From a virus, in IMG/VR virus record IMGVR_UViG_3300045988_144911: DNA of 53,928 nt. One strand, 5' to 3'. The notes beneath the pieces were generated by a model. That model was not told the DNA's origin. It searched no databases and was given only the letters and a program-made list of their open reading frames with translations. Below, piece after piece: positions 25,192 to 32,983 of the stretch (positions within the stretch are counted from its first letter, which is position 1; each line of letters begins with the position of its first letter). The translations under genes were made by a program, and so were the position numbers.

Positions 25192-25841
25192 AAAAGTTTG
25201 TTGCTGTCAGCTACGGCTCCGGCTACGGCTCCGACTACGGCTCCGGCACCTGCGGCGACTACGACTACGACAAAGGCGACGGCTACGGCTCCGGCTACGG
25301 CTACGACTACGACTACGGCAAAGGCGACGGCTACGGCTCCGGCTACGGCAAAGGCGACGGCAAAGGCTCCGGCATCGGCTCCGGCTACGGAATTGCGTCG
25401 TACGACGGCAGAGATGTGCATCTGATTGATGACGTACAGACCATAATAACTGCCGTATTCGGCGGCGCCGCAAAAGGATACATTCTCGAAACTGATCTGA
25501 CTCTCACGCCCTGCTACGTCGCAAAAAGCGGAAACACCTTCGCCCACGGAAATACATTAAAAGAGGCAATCGACGCACTGCACGAAAAGCTCTTTGATGA
25601 TATGCCCGAAGAAGACCGCATCGCAGAATTCTTCAAAGCCCACAGCCCCGGCGTGAAATATCCCGCAAAAGATCTCTTTGTGTGGCACAACAGGCTCACC
25701 GGAAGCTGCGAAGCCGGACGGATGTCCTTCGTCCGCAGCCACGACATAGACCTCGAAAACGATACCTTCACCATAGAGGAGTTCGTCAGCCTCTGCAAAG
25801 ACAGCTACGGCGGAGAAACGATAAAAAAGCTCCTCGGATAA
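25179..25841 (+). CDS. phage protein with Gly/Tyr/Asp-rich repeat N-terminus
   Basis: About 60 aa of GYGSGYG / DYDYGKGDGYGSGYG repeats, followed by a globular domain (CYVAKSGNTFAHGNTLKEA...LTGSCEAGR). Confidence 0.7.
   Translation: MESVKKFVAVSYGSGYGSDYGSGTCGDYDYDKGDGYGSGYGYDYDYGKGDGYGSGYGKGDGKGSGIGSGYGIASYDGRDVHLIDDVQTIITAVFGGAAKGYILETDLTLTPCYVAKSGNTFAHGNTLKEAIDALHEKLFDDMPEEDRIAEFFKAHSPGVKYPAKDLFVWHNRLTGSCEAGRMSFVRSHDIDLENDTFTIEEFVSLCKDSYGGETIKKLLG
25210..25392. repeat. degenerate short tandem repeats (ggctacggctccg family) encoding the GYG tract
   Basis: Visible periodic repeats; every reading frame on both strands is open across the tract. Confidence 0.85.
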
Positions 25842-25858
25842 CCCCTCAGACAGCCTGA

Positions 25859-25903
25859 TGACAGCCGGCAAAGACCGACCGCCCGGCAGAGCGTATCTGC
25901 CCC
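25859..25903 (+). repeat. copy 1 of the duplicated 45-nt element
   Basis: TGACAGCCGGCAAAGACCGACCGCCCGGCAGAGCGTATCTGCCCC; hairpin GGCAGA-gcgta-TCTGCC at 25885-25901. Confidence 0.85.
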
Positions 25904-26207
25904 AAACCCGCAATCCTTTGCGCGCTCACACGAAAGAATTTAATGTTCCGGATATATGAGATTCGGATATATGTGAGAAAAAACGGCACAGGTTGAGAAA
26001 AGACTCCGATATGAGTACCGTAAAACGGGATCGGATGACACCCGGAAAAGGGACGGGGCTGAGAGACAAACGGGCAATAAGAGGTCTTGGCAGTCGGAAA
26101 AAGCAACGACCCTCCGCACAAAGAGGTTAAGGCGGTGACATACGGGAAAGACCATCTGAGGGGAACGGCGCCGTAACCTCAGCGCAGCACACTCAGCGAA
26201 ACGGTGT

Positions 26208-26253
26208 TGACAGCCGGCAAGAGACCGACCGCCCGACGGAGCGCATCCGTCCC
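26208..26253 (+). repeat. copy 2 of the duplicated 45-nt element
   Basis: TGACAGCCGGCAAGAGACCGACCGCCCGACGGAGCGCATCCGTCCC; hairpin GACGGA-gcgca-TCCGTC at 26235-26251. Confidence 0.85.
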
Positions 26254-26530
26254 AGTATCAAGCCTTGCCAAAGTACACGGCGAATGAGCGCGGAGAGATA
26301 TGGCGACACTCCCGCGCCGGAGATGTGACTGTACGGCGTTACCCGCAGACGCTATCACATCAGCGGGACACCGGATCGTAGTTCAATCAGCAGAACGCTT
26401 CGTAACGCACACGCCGCCCGAAAGACTTCCCCGAGCGGCGGGAAGATGTGAAGGTGCAATTCCTTCCGTTCCGACCAGCCGAAAGGCAAAAAAATACCGA
26501 AAAACAATTTCGAAAGGAGATTTCCCCAAG

Positions 26531-26764
26531 ATGAACGCTGCAACACAATGCTTCAAGGTGCTTGAGCATCTGAAGTACATCGGCTCCCTGACACAGGCAA
26601 AGGCGCTTGAACTCTACGGCATAGCCCGTCTGACCTCCCGCGTCAACGACCTCAAGAGAAAGGGAATCGTAATCAACACAAGGACGATCCCGGCAAAAAA
26701 CCGATTCGGCGAGACCGTCCACGTCACCGAGTACAGCTTACCGAAGGGAGAAAAATCAGAATGA
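26531..26764 (+). CDS. winged-helix DNA-binding protein (HTH_39-like)
   Basis: ATG after AAAGGAGA. VLEHLKYIGSLTQAKALELYGIARLTSRVNDLKRKGIVI fits the pattern of this phage HTH family. Confidence 0.6.
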   Translation: MNAATQCFKVLEHLKYIGSLTQAKALELYGIARLTSRVNDLKRKGIVINTRTIPAKNRFGETVHVTEYSLPKGEKSE

Positions 26765-27216
26765 GCGCACTTAACTTCAATCAGGCGATCTTAGCCGGTC
26801 GCCTCACCGCAGACCCCGAACTCAAGACCACGCAGTCCGGCATATCGGTGACACAGTTTACCGTTGCCGTAAGCCGCCCGAAACGTAAGGACGACAACAC
26901 CGACACCTCCGACTTCATCTCATGCGTCGCATGGAAGGAAAGAGCCGAGCTTGTCACAAAGTACTTCCGCAAAGGCTCCGCTATCATGGTAATCGGTCAG
27001 ATCCAGACCCGCACATGGACGGACAACAACAACCAGAAGCGCTACGCGACGGAAATCCTCGTCGACAATATCCGTTTTGTCGACAGTAAAGCCGACGCCG
27101 CGCAGAAATCGCCCACAGCGAACGAAAATTCCGGAGCGCCCTCTTATATCCCCGATGCCTATAAAGCCCCGAATTTCGAGGAAGTGACCGCCGACGACGG
27201 CGATTTGCCGTTCTGA
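26761..27216 (+). CDS. ssb: single-stranded DNA-binding protein
   Basis: OB-fold N-terminus (NQAILAGRLTADPELKTTQSGISVTQFTVAV) and acidic tip DDGDLPF. Confidence 0.9.
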   Translation: MSALNFNQAILAGRLTADPELKTTQSGISVTQFTVAVSRPKRKDDNTDTSDFISCVAWKERAELVTKYFRKGSAIMVIGQIQTRTWTDNNNQKRYATEILVDNIRFVDSKADAAQKSPTANENSGAPSYIPDAYKAPNFEEVTADDGDLPF

Positions 27217-27233
27217 TAAAAGGAGAACAAACA

Positions 27234-28058
27234 ATGGCACGTCCCTTCAAGGACGGGATTGAATATTTTCCTCTTGATGTGGATTTTTTCGATGACGACA
27301 AGGTAAGACTTCTCCGTCAGAAGCATAAGGCTAAAGGGATGTATATGCTTGTGTTCCTGCTTTGCCGGATGTACAAAAATGACGGATACTATATGAAGTG
27401 GAACGGCAGTCAGGCTGAACTCATGGCAGACGACATGAGATGCGCTGACACCGTCTCCCTCACGAGGTTGGTTGAAGATGCGTTAGAATGCGGCTTCTTT
27501 GATAAGCGCATAGCGAGGACGCATGAAGTTCTGACAAGTGCAGGGATTCAGCGAAGATTTGTCCAAGCGGCAGTCAATCGCGGCACTATCCATATGATAA
27601 CAGAGTTTTTTCTGCTCGACCCTCACGATGTGAGAGACGTTCCGGCTAAAGCTCTTTCAAAACTTGTCTTAAAATCAGTTATCTCCGAGAAAACCCCGGT
27701 TATCTCCGAGAAAACCCCGGTTATCTCCGATTTAATTCCACAAAAAGAAATAGATAAAGAAATATATAATCCCCCCATACCCCCCAAGGGAAAGAACGCA
27801 CAGCAGACTGCCGCTGACTCTGACTTCGAGCGGTTCTGGAAAGCCTATCCGAACAAAACCGGAAAGGAATACGCAAGGAAATGCTTTGTCAAGGTCACGG
27901 AGAATGTAAACACCCTGATTGAAGCGGTCGAACGTCAGAAGACGTGGGACAGGTGGACAAAAGAAGGCGGTAAGTTTATCCCCAATCCCTCCACATGGCT
28001 CAACCAGAAGCGGTGGGAAGATGAACCCCCGCAGGAAGCAAAACCAAGATATATGTAA
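27234..28058 (+). CDS. replisome organiser / replication initiation protein (DUF4373, Lin1244-like N-terminus)
   Basis: MARPFKDGIEYFPLDVDFFDDDKVRLL and C-terminal FERFWKAYPNKTGKEYARK...STWLNQKRWEDE motifs; internal iterons. Confidence 0.7.
   Translation: MARPFKDGIEYFPLDVDFFDDDKVRLLRQKHKAKGMYMLVFLLCRMYKNDGYYMKWNGSQAELMADDMRCADTVSLTRLVEDALECGFFDKRIARTHEVLTSAGIQRRFVQAAVNRGTIHMITEFFLLDPHDVRDVPAKALSKLVLKSVISEKTPVISEKTPVISDLIPQKEIDKEIYNPPIPPKGKNAQQTAADSDFERFWKAYPNKTGKEYARKCFVKVTENVNTLIEAVERQKTWDRWTKEGGKFIPNPSTWLNQKRWEDEPPQEAKPRYM
27679..27730 (+). repeat. 21-bp direct repeats, 2.5 copies (TTATCTCCGAGAAAACCCCGG); iteron/origin candidate
   Basis: Exact copies at 27679-27699 and 27700-27720 plus a 10-bp partial copy; they encode ISEKTPV ISEKTPV. 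Confidence 0.85.
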
Positions 28059-28072
28059 AAGGAGTAATTAGA

Positions 28073-28375
28073 ATGGAATTCATAATCGAAAAAGAACTCG
28101 TCTCCGAAGAAGAAAAGACTCTCCGTCAGCTTAAGTTTTACCGCAAAGAGGAAATCAAAAAGCGGTTAACAGACGCGCGGATGCTGTATCCCGAATTTGA
28201 CAGGCACTGCAAAGAAAATGACTTTGAAGCACTGATCAATTTATGGGCAGACATTCTTGAAAATTTCGACGCAGTCGATATAGGCATAGGATTCCGAATT
28301 TATTTCACGACCCGCGGCGAGAACATTACCCCCGCCGGCGTGGTCAGGTGCATCCAAGGACTGTACGATGACTGA
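28073..28375 (+). CDS. helicase loader candidate (SPP1 G39P-like)
   Basis: 100 aa just upstream of the helicase gene; LYPEFD...LINLWADILENFD...V resembles the G39P family layout. Confidence 0.45.
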   Translation: MEFIIEKELVSEEEKTLRQLKFYRKEEIKKRLTDARMLYPEFDRHCKENDFEALINLWADILENFDAVDIGIGFRIYFTTRGENITPAGVVRCIQGLYDD

Positions 28376-30134
28376 ATTCGAATATGCCAATATGTATCTC
28401 GGCGATTTCAAGGTCGTAGGCAACGAGATAAAGCCGCTCTACTGTCCCTTCTGCGGCGGCGGCAATCATCAGGATCGCTACACCTTCGCCCTGAACATGG
28501 AGAATCACACCTTCAACTGTATGCGCGGCTCCTGCGGCGTTAAGGGTCACTTCTCGGAGCTGTGCCGGGAGAAAAACCTCCGGTATGACGATCCGGCTGA
28601 CCCGGCACCCCGCCCGAAAGCCCCGGCGAAGAAGTACAAAAAGCCGGATACAAAGCTGTTTCCCCTTGAAAACGATTCCCCGGCAATGATATATATGCAG
28701 AAGAGGCGGCTGTCGCCCTCCATAATCGCGTATTTCGGCATTTTGAGGGACGGACAGGGAAACATAGCCCTCCCCTTCTATCGTTCGTCAGAGGGCAGAA
28801 AAACGGCATCTCCGACGTTCGTCAAATACCGTCCTCCGAGGAAGGTCGAAAAGGGAGAGAGAAAGATGTGGCGCGAGACCGGAGCCGAGCCGATACTCTT
28901 CGGCATGGATCTGTGTACCTTCGGCACAAAATCTCTCATCATCACCGAGGGAGAGTTCGACTGCATGGCTGCGTTTCAGGCTTTCTCGGAGAAGCGCCCC
29001 ATGAACGTCGTCTCCGTCCCCTCCGGCGCCGAGGATTTCACATGGCTCGATACCTGCGCCGAATTCCTCGAAAAATTCGATAAGTTCGTCATCCTCGGCG
29101 ACAGCGACGAGCCGGGAAAGAAGATGGCTGCCGAGCTTGTAAAGAAGCTCCCCGGAAAGAACATCCTCCTCCCCGACTACGACGCATACCTCGGATGCAA
29201 GGACATGAACGAGCTGCTTGTCCGTCACGGAGAGCAGGCAGTAGTAAACGCACTTGCCGCCGTGAAGGAAACCCCGGTCGAAGGTCTTATAAACTTTGCC
29301 GACGTGCAGATGACGGATATACTGAAGCTCCCGCGCACTCTGTCGGGAATAAAATCCCTCGACAAAAAGGTCGGCGGATTCCTTGAGGGCGACCTCACCG
29401 TCTGGACGGGTAAGCGCGGATGCGGAAAATCCTCCGTCCTCAACCAGATCGGGCTTGACGCAATAGATCAGGGCAAAAACCTCTGCGTCTATTCCGGAGA
29501 GATCCCGGCTGACAGGCTCAAGTATCAGATAACCTGCTGTGCCGCCGGAAGGGAAAACCTCTCCTTCGTCCGCGACGAGAGGACTGGAAGAGACGTTGTC
29601 ACGGTCGGCAGAGACACCGCCGGAAAGATAGACCGCTGGCTCGACCGTCGCCTGTGGCTCTACGACAACAGGATAGTCCAGTCCGACGAGAGAGACAGCA
29701 TAATCAATATCTTCACCGCCGCATACAGACGATATGACTGCCGCGTCTTCATTGTGGACAACCTGATGACCGTTGCCCTCGCCGCAAAGCCCGGTGAAAT
29801 GTATCAGGTTCAGGGCGAGTTCGTCATAAGGCTGAGAAAATTCGCCGAGAAGTACGGAGTTCACGTCCATGTCGTCGTCCACCCGAGGAAAACAAATGAC
29901 GAGATAAAGGACAGCGACGAGGTCGGCGGCTCCGGCACGATAACCAATATCGCCTGTAACGTCTTCACCGTCATGCGCGGCGTCGAGGAAAACGATATCG
30001 CCAAAATCCGCTGTCTGAAGTCAAGAATGTACGGCGAGACCGGAGACTTCGAACTGAAATACGACCCCGTTTCCCGCCGCTTCTCGGAGGAGTACGCGGG
30101 AGCAAAAATCTACGGATGGGAGAAACTATCATGA
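28368..30134 (+). CDS. bifunctional primase-helicase (zinc finger, TOPRIM and DnaB/RecA-like ATPase)
   Basis: CPFCGGG...CMRGSCG zinc finger, LIITEGEFDCMAAF TOPRIM motif, Walker A GKRGCGKSS, and VHVHVVVHPRK. Confidence 0.85.
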   Translation: MTEFEYANMYLGDFKVVGNEIKPLYCPFCGGGNHQDRYTFALNMENHTFNCMRGSCGVKGHFSELCREKNLRYDDPADPAPRPKAPAKKYKKPDTKLFPLENDSPAMIYMQKRRLSPSIIAYFGILRDGQGNIALPFYRSSEGRKTASPTFVKYRPPRKVEKGERKMWRETGAEPILFGMDLCTFGTKSLIITEGEFDCMAAFQAFSEKRPMNVVSVPSGAEDFTWLDTCAEFLEKFDKFVILGDSDEPGKKMAAELVKKLPGKNILLPDYDAYLGCKDMNELLVRHGEQAVVNALAAVKETPVEGLINFADVQMTDILKLPRTLSGIKSLDKKVGGFLEGDLTVWTGKRGCGKSSVLNQIGLDAIDQGKNLCVYSGEIPADRLKYQITCCAAGRENLSFVRDERTGRDVVTVGRDTAGKIDRWLDRRLWLYDNRIVQSDERDSIINIFTAAYRRYDCRVFIVDNLMTVALAAKPGEMYQVQGEFVIRLRKFAEKYGVHVHVVVHPRKTNDEIKDSDEVGGSGTITNIACNVFTVMRGVEENDIAKIRCLKSRMYGETGDFELKYDPVSRRFSEEYAGAKIYGWEKLS

Positions 30135-30244
30135 ATAAATATCAGGAATATGAGGACGCAAAGGAAATCCTGAAACACCTTCCCCTGACCCCCGAACAGT
30201 ACGAACAGGCGCTGAAACAACTCGCCGAGGAGCTGGGGATATGA
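30131..30244 (+). CDS. small protein (37 aa)
   Basis: ATGA overlaps with both neighbouring genes; reads MNKYQEYEDAKEILKHLPLTPEQYEQALKQLAEELGI. Confidence 0.45.
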   Translation: MNKYQEYEDAKEILKHLPLTPEQYEQALKQLAEELGI

Positions 30245-30792
30245 GTAAATACAGCATCATCTACGCCGACCCGCCGTGGAGCTACAATCAGCGCACCGCG
30301 AGAGGTTCGGCAGAACACCATTACCCCACAATGTCTCAGGAGGATCTGAAAAATCTCCCGATATCCGAAATCGCAGAAAAAGACTGCACGCTGTTCATGT
30401 GGGCGACCTTCCCCATGATAAAAGAGGCTCTGGAGCTGATAGAAGCATGGGGCTTCCGGTATAAAACAACCGCCTTCGTGTGGGCAAAGAAAAACCGGAA
30501 ATCCGATTCATGGTTCACCGGTCTCGGCTTCTGGACGAGGAGCAATGCCGAGATATGTCTGCTTGCCGTCAAGGGGAATCCGAAAAGGCAGTCATCGTGC
30601 GTCAGTCAGCTTATCGTTTCCCCGCGCGAGGAACATTCCAAGAAGCCCGACGAAACCCGCGACCGCATAGTAAAGCTGATGGGCGACCTCCCCCGCGTCG
30701 AGCTGTTCGCAAGGCAGAAAACCGAAGGATGGGACGTGTGGGGCAACGAGGTCAAAAGCGATATATACCTCAAGGAGGCACACCGTGAGTAA
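30241..30792 (+). CDS. MT-A70 family N6-adenine DNA methyltransferase
   Basis: The IIYADPPWSY catalytic motif and the remainder of the sequence are typical of MT-A70. Confidence 0.85.
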   Translation: MSKYSIIYADPPWSYNQRTARGSAEHHYPTMSQEDLKNLPISEIAEKDCTLFMWATFPMIKEALELIEAWGFRYKTTAFVWAKKNRKSDSWFTGLGFWTRSNAEICLLAVKGNPKRQSSCVSQLIVSPREEHSKKPDETRDRIVKLMGDLPRVELFARQKTEGWDVWGNEVKSDIYLKEAHRE

Positions 30793-31120
30793 ATACCACA
30801 ACCGCAAAACCACCCTCCCCACCGGCGAGACCTTCGACAGCCAACGCGAAGCCCTCCGGTACACACACCTTGCCTTCCTCGCAAAAGTCGGATACATAAC
30901 CGACCTGAAGCGACAGGTAAAATTCACATTGATCCCGAAGCAGCGCCTGAAATCCGGCAAAGCCCTCCGCGAATGCGCATACGTCGCAGACTTCACCTAC
31001 ACCGACACCCGCACCGGAGAGCATATCGTCGAGGACGTAAAGGGACACCGCACACCGGAGTATATCATCAAGAAAAAGCTCATGCTCCACCTCTACGGAA
31101 TCGAGGTGACCGAGACATGA
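30785..31120 (+). CDS. DUF1064 family protein (nuclease-fold candidate)
   Basis: KYHNRKT...FDSQREALRY...YVADFTY...VEDVKGHRTPEYIIKKKL pattern; GTG start. Confidence 0.65.
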   Translation: MSKYHNRKTTLPTGETFDSQREALRYTHLAFLAKVGYITDLKRQVKFTLIPKQRLKSGKALRECAYVADFTYTDTRTGEHIVEDVKGHRTPEYIIKKKLMLHLYGIEVTET

Positions 31121-32556
31121 GAAATTACGGAGACATCACAAAGATAAGCGGATATGAAGTCCCGCCTGTCGATGTGGTCATAGGAGGAAGCCCGTGTCAG
31201 GATCTGAGCGTTGCCGGACTGAGAAAAGGACTTTCCGGACAGCGGTCGGGGCTTTTCATGGATCAGATAAGAATCGTAAAGGAGATGAGAGAAAATGACA
31301 GGATGCACGGCAGAACAGGTGACGATGTTCGACCTGGATTCATGGTGTGGGAAAACGTGTGCGGTGCTTTCTCCTCAAACGGAGGCAAAGACTTCCTCGC
31401 CGTCCTTGAAGAAACCGCGCACATCGCAGACGAAAATGCCGTTATACCTGAACCTCCGCAGGGAAAATGGAGAAACGCGGGAGTTATCATGGGAGACGGA
31501 TGGAGCATCGCTTGGAGAGTACACGACGCACAGTTTTGGGGAGTCCCCCAGCGCCGCCGTCGAATCTCGCTTGTCGCAGATTTTGCAGGAGGACGCGCCC
31601 CGGAAATATGTTTTGTCCGCAAAAGCCTGTCAGGGCATCCTGAACCGCGCAGAGAGGAGAGGAAAGAAGCTCCCGGACAGGCTGTACCGTGCGCTGATAA
31701 AACAGGCAGGACAGTCTACGGAATCTCCTCCTACGAATCAAATGCCATGAAGTCTTCCAACCCCGAAAGCGGCATTTCCGAAGCCGAAACCGTAAGAACC
31801 CTCGACGGCAACGGCGGCAACCCCGCGTGCAACCAGGGCGGTATGCTTGTGTATGACAGTCGGGGAAACGGAGACGGCACAACAGTTCCGACAATGACCG
31901 GAGACCATCAGAACCGCGTCACCGATTACACCGCAATTGTCCTTCACGAATCCGCCGGGGAGTATGCCGAGAACGCGTCGATCGCACTCAGAAATTCCGA
32001 TTACAAGCACCCGCCCGTCACATGGTGGGACGGCAAGGACACCGTTCAGACCATTACCGCCAACCTCGCGAATCAGCGGATGCCGGACAAAGGAAGCCTC
32101 AACGCCTTCGTTGATTTCAGAAACGGAAAAGAAAGCGTCATAAACGGTACGCTTCAGGCAAAGGAAAGCGGCGGCTCGTCAGTGAATCTCAACAACACCG
32201 TGAGAGAAAACGAGCTTGTCCGCCGTCTGACCCCGCTTGAGTGCGAACGTCTTCAGGGACTGCCCGACGGATGGACTGACATCGGAGACTGGACGGACGA
32301 TAAAGGCAAAAAGCATAAGACCACCGACAGCAACCGCTACAAAGCCCTCGGAAACAGCATCGCCCTCCCATTCTGGAAATACCTTCTCAAGCGTATTTCC
32401 GCAGAGTATGAGCGCGATGCAGCAATGGCAAGCCTGTTCGACGGTATAGGTTCCTTTCCCCTTATGTGGGAGCAGATAAACGGCAAAGGTTCGTGTAAAT
32501 GGATATCCGAGATCGAGCCGTTCTGCTGCGCCCTGACCGAAAAGAGGTTCTCATGA
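31117..32556 (+). CDS. DNA cytosine-5 methyltransferase, circularly permuted (motifs III-X followed by I-II)
   Basis: GGSPCQDLS (IV), ENVCG (VI), QRRRR (VIII), RLTPLECERLQGLPDGWT (IX), ALGNSIALPF (X), then MASLFDGIGSF (I) and WISEIEP (II) at the C-terminus. Confidence 0.8.
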   Translation: MRNYGDITKISGYEVPPVDVVIGGSPCQDLSVAGLRKGLSGQRSGLFMDQIRIVKEMRENDRMHGRTGDDVRPGFMVWENVCGAFSSNGGKDFLAVLEETAHIADENAVIPEPPQGKWRNAGVIMGDGWSIAWRVHDAQFWGVPQRRRRISLVADFAGGRAPEICFVRKSLSGHPEPRREERKEAPGQAVPCADKTGRTVYGISSYESNAMKSSNPESGISEAETVRTLDGNGGNPACNQGGMLVYDSRGNGDGTTVPTMTGDHQNRVTDYTAIVLHESAGEYAENASIALRNSDYKHPPVTWWDGKDTVQTITANLANQRMPDKGSLNAFVDFRNGKESVINGTLQAKESGGSSVNLNNTVRENELVRRLTPLECERLQGLPDGWTDIGDWTDDKGKKHKTTDSNRYKALGNSIALPFWKYLLKRISAEYERDAAMASLFDGIGSFPLMWEQINGKGSCKWISEIEPFCCALTEKRFS

Positions 32557-32732
32557 CCTTCGCCAAAACCCTCCGCCAGCAGGGCAAGCTCACCCGCATC
32601 CACCCGGAGCGGAAGATAAAGCACAACCCCGACCCTCTCCACCCGGACGAGATCGAGATGTGCCTGACCTGCGAAAAGAAAACCTGTCGCGGATGCGAAA
32701 ATAAATTCAGAGAAATGAGGAAAACAACATGA
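32553..32732 (+). CDS. small Cys-rich zinc-ribbon-like protein (59 aa)
   Basis: ATGA overlap with the upstream gene; CLTCEKKTCRGC. Confidence 0.5.
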   Translation: MTFAKTLRQQGKLTRIHPERKIKHNPDPLHPDEIEMCLTCEKKTCRGCENKFREMRKTT

Positions 32733-32983
32733 AGTATATTGATGCAGAAGCATTATCAAGCATTCTTCGCGCGAAATCCGATATGGCAATCGGTACTCCG
32801 AAAATGGTATTCGCGTCCGTCGAAAAAATGATTGATCTGCTACCCGGAATTGTTCTTTGCGGAGAATGCAAATACTATCAGGATAACAACGGCGGCTATC
32901 CGCACGAAAACTGCAAATGGAACAAAGATGAAACACCTGACCCGGATGACTTCTGCTCCGGCGGAGAAAGGATAGAAAAATGA
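32729..32983 (+). CDS. hypothetical phage protein
   Basis: 84 aa; CGECKYY...CKW Cys pattern; operon context. Confidence 0.55.
   Translation: MKYIDAEALSSILRAKSDMAIGTPKMVFASVEKMIDLLPGIVLCGECKYYQDNNGGYPHENCKWNKDETPDPDDFCSGGERIEK

Larger units (their letters stand above)
25842..26530 (+). other. 689-bp non-coding GC-rich region (candidate structured RNA and/or replication origin)
   Basis: No plausible ORF or RBS; contains duplicated 45-nt elements, tandem CGGATATATG repeats and many hairpins. It is the largest intergenic gap in the genome. Confidence 0.6.

Noticed and set aside
25092-25547. Several overlapping ORFs in other frames and on the other strand across the GYG repeat (25092..25547 minus, 25198..25425 plus, 25207..25473 minus)
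   Set aside because: They stay open only because the short tandem repeat lacks stop codons in any frame. Their products are pure A/V/T or R/S low complexity.
26300-26530. Long N-terminal extension of the HTH_39-like ORF, which would make the non-coding region partly coding
   Set aside because: The extension is Arg/Pro/Ala-rich with no RBS. The internal ATG at 26531 has a strong AAAGGAGA RBS and yields a protein of the typical 77-aa size.
27679-27730. CRISPR-like array
   Set aside because: There are only 2.5 directly abutting 21-bp copies with no spacers, and they lie inside a coding region. An iteron interpretation fits better.
28788-29882. 364-aa minus-strand ORF
   Set aside because: It is antisense to the primase-helicase gene, whose TOPRIM and Walker motifs establish the plus frame. 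Its composition is antisense-type.
30973-31116. N-terminal extension of the C5 methylase ORF as the missing motif I
   Set aside because: Its translation is Arg/His-rich (MRIRRRLHLHRHPHRR...) with no FxGxG motif. It overlaps the well-supported DUF1064 gene in another frame.
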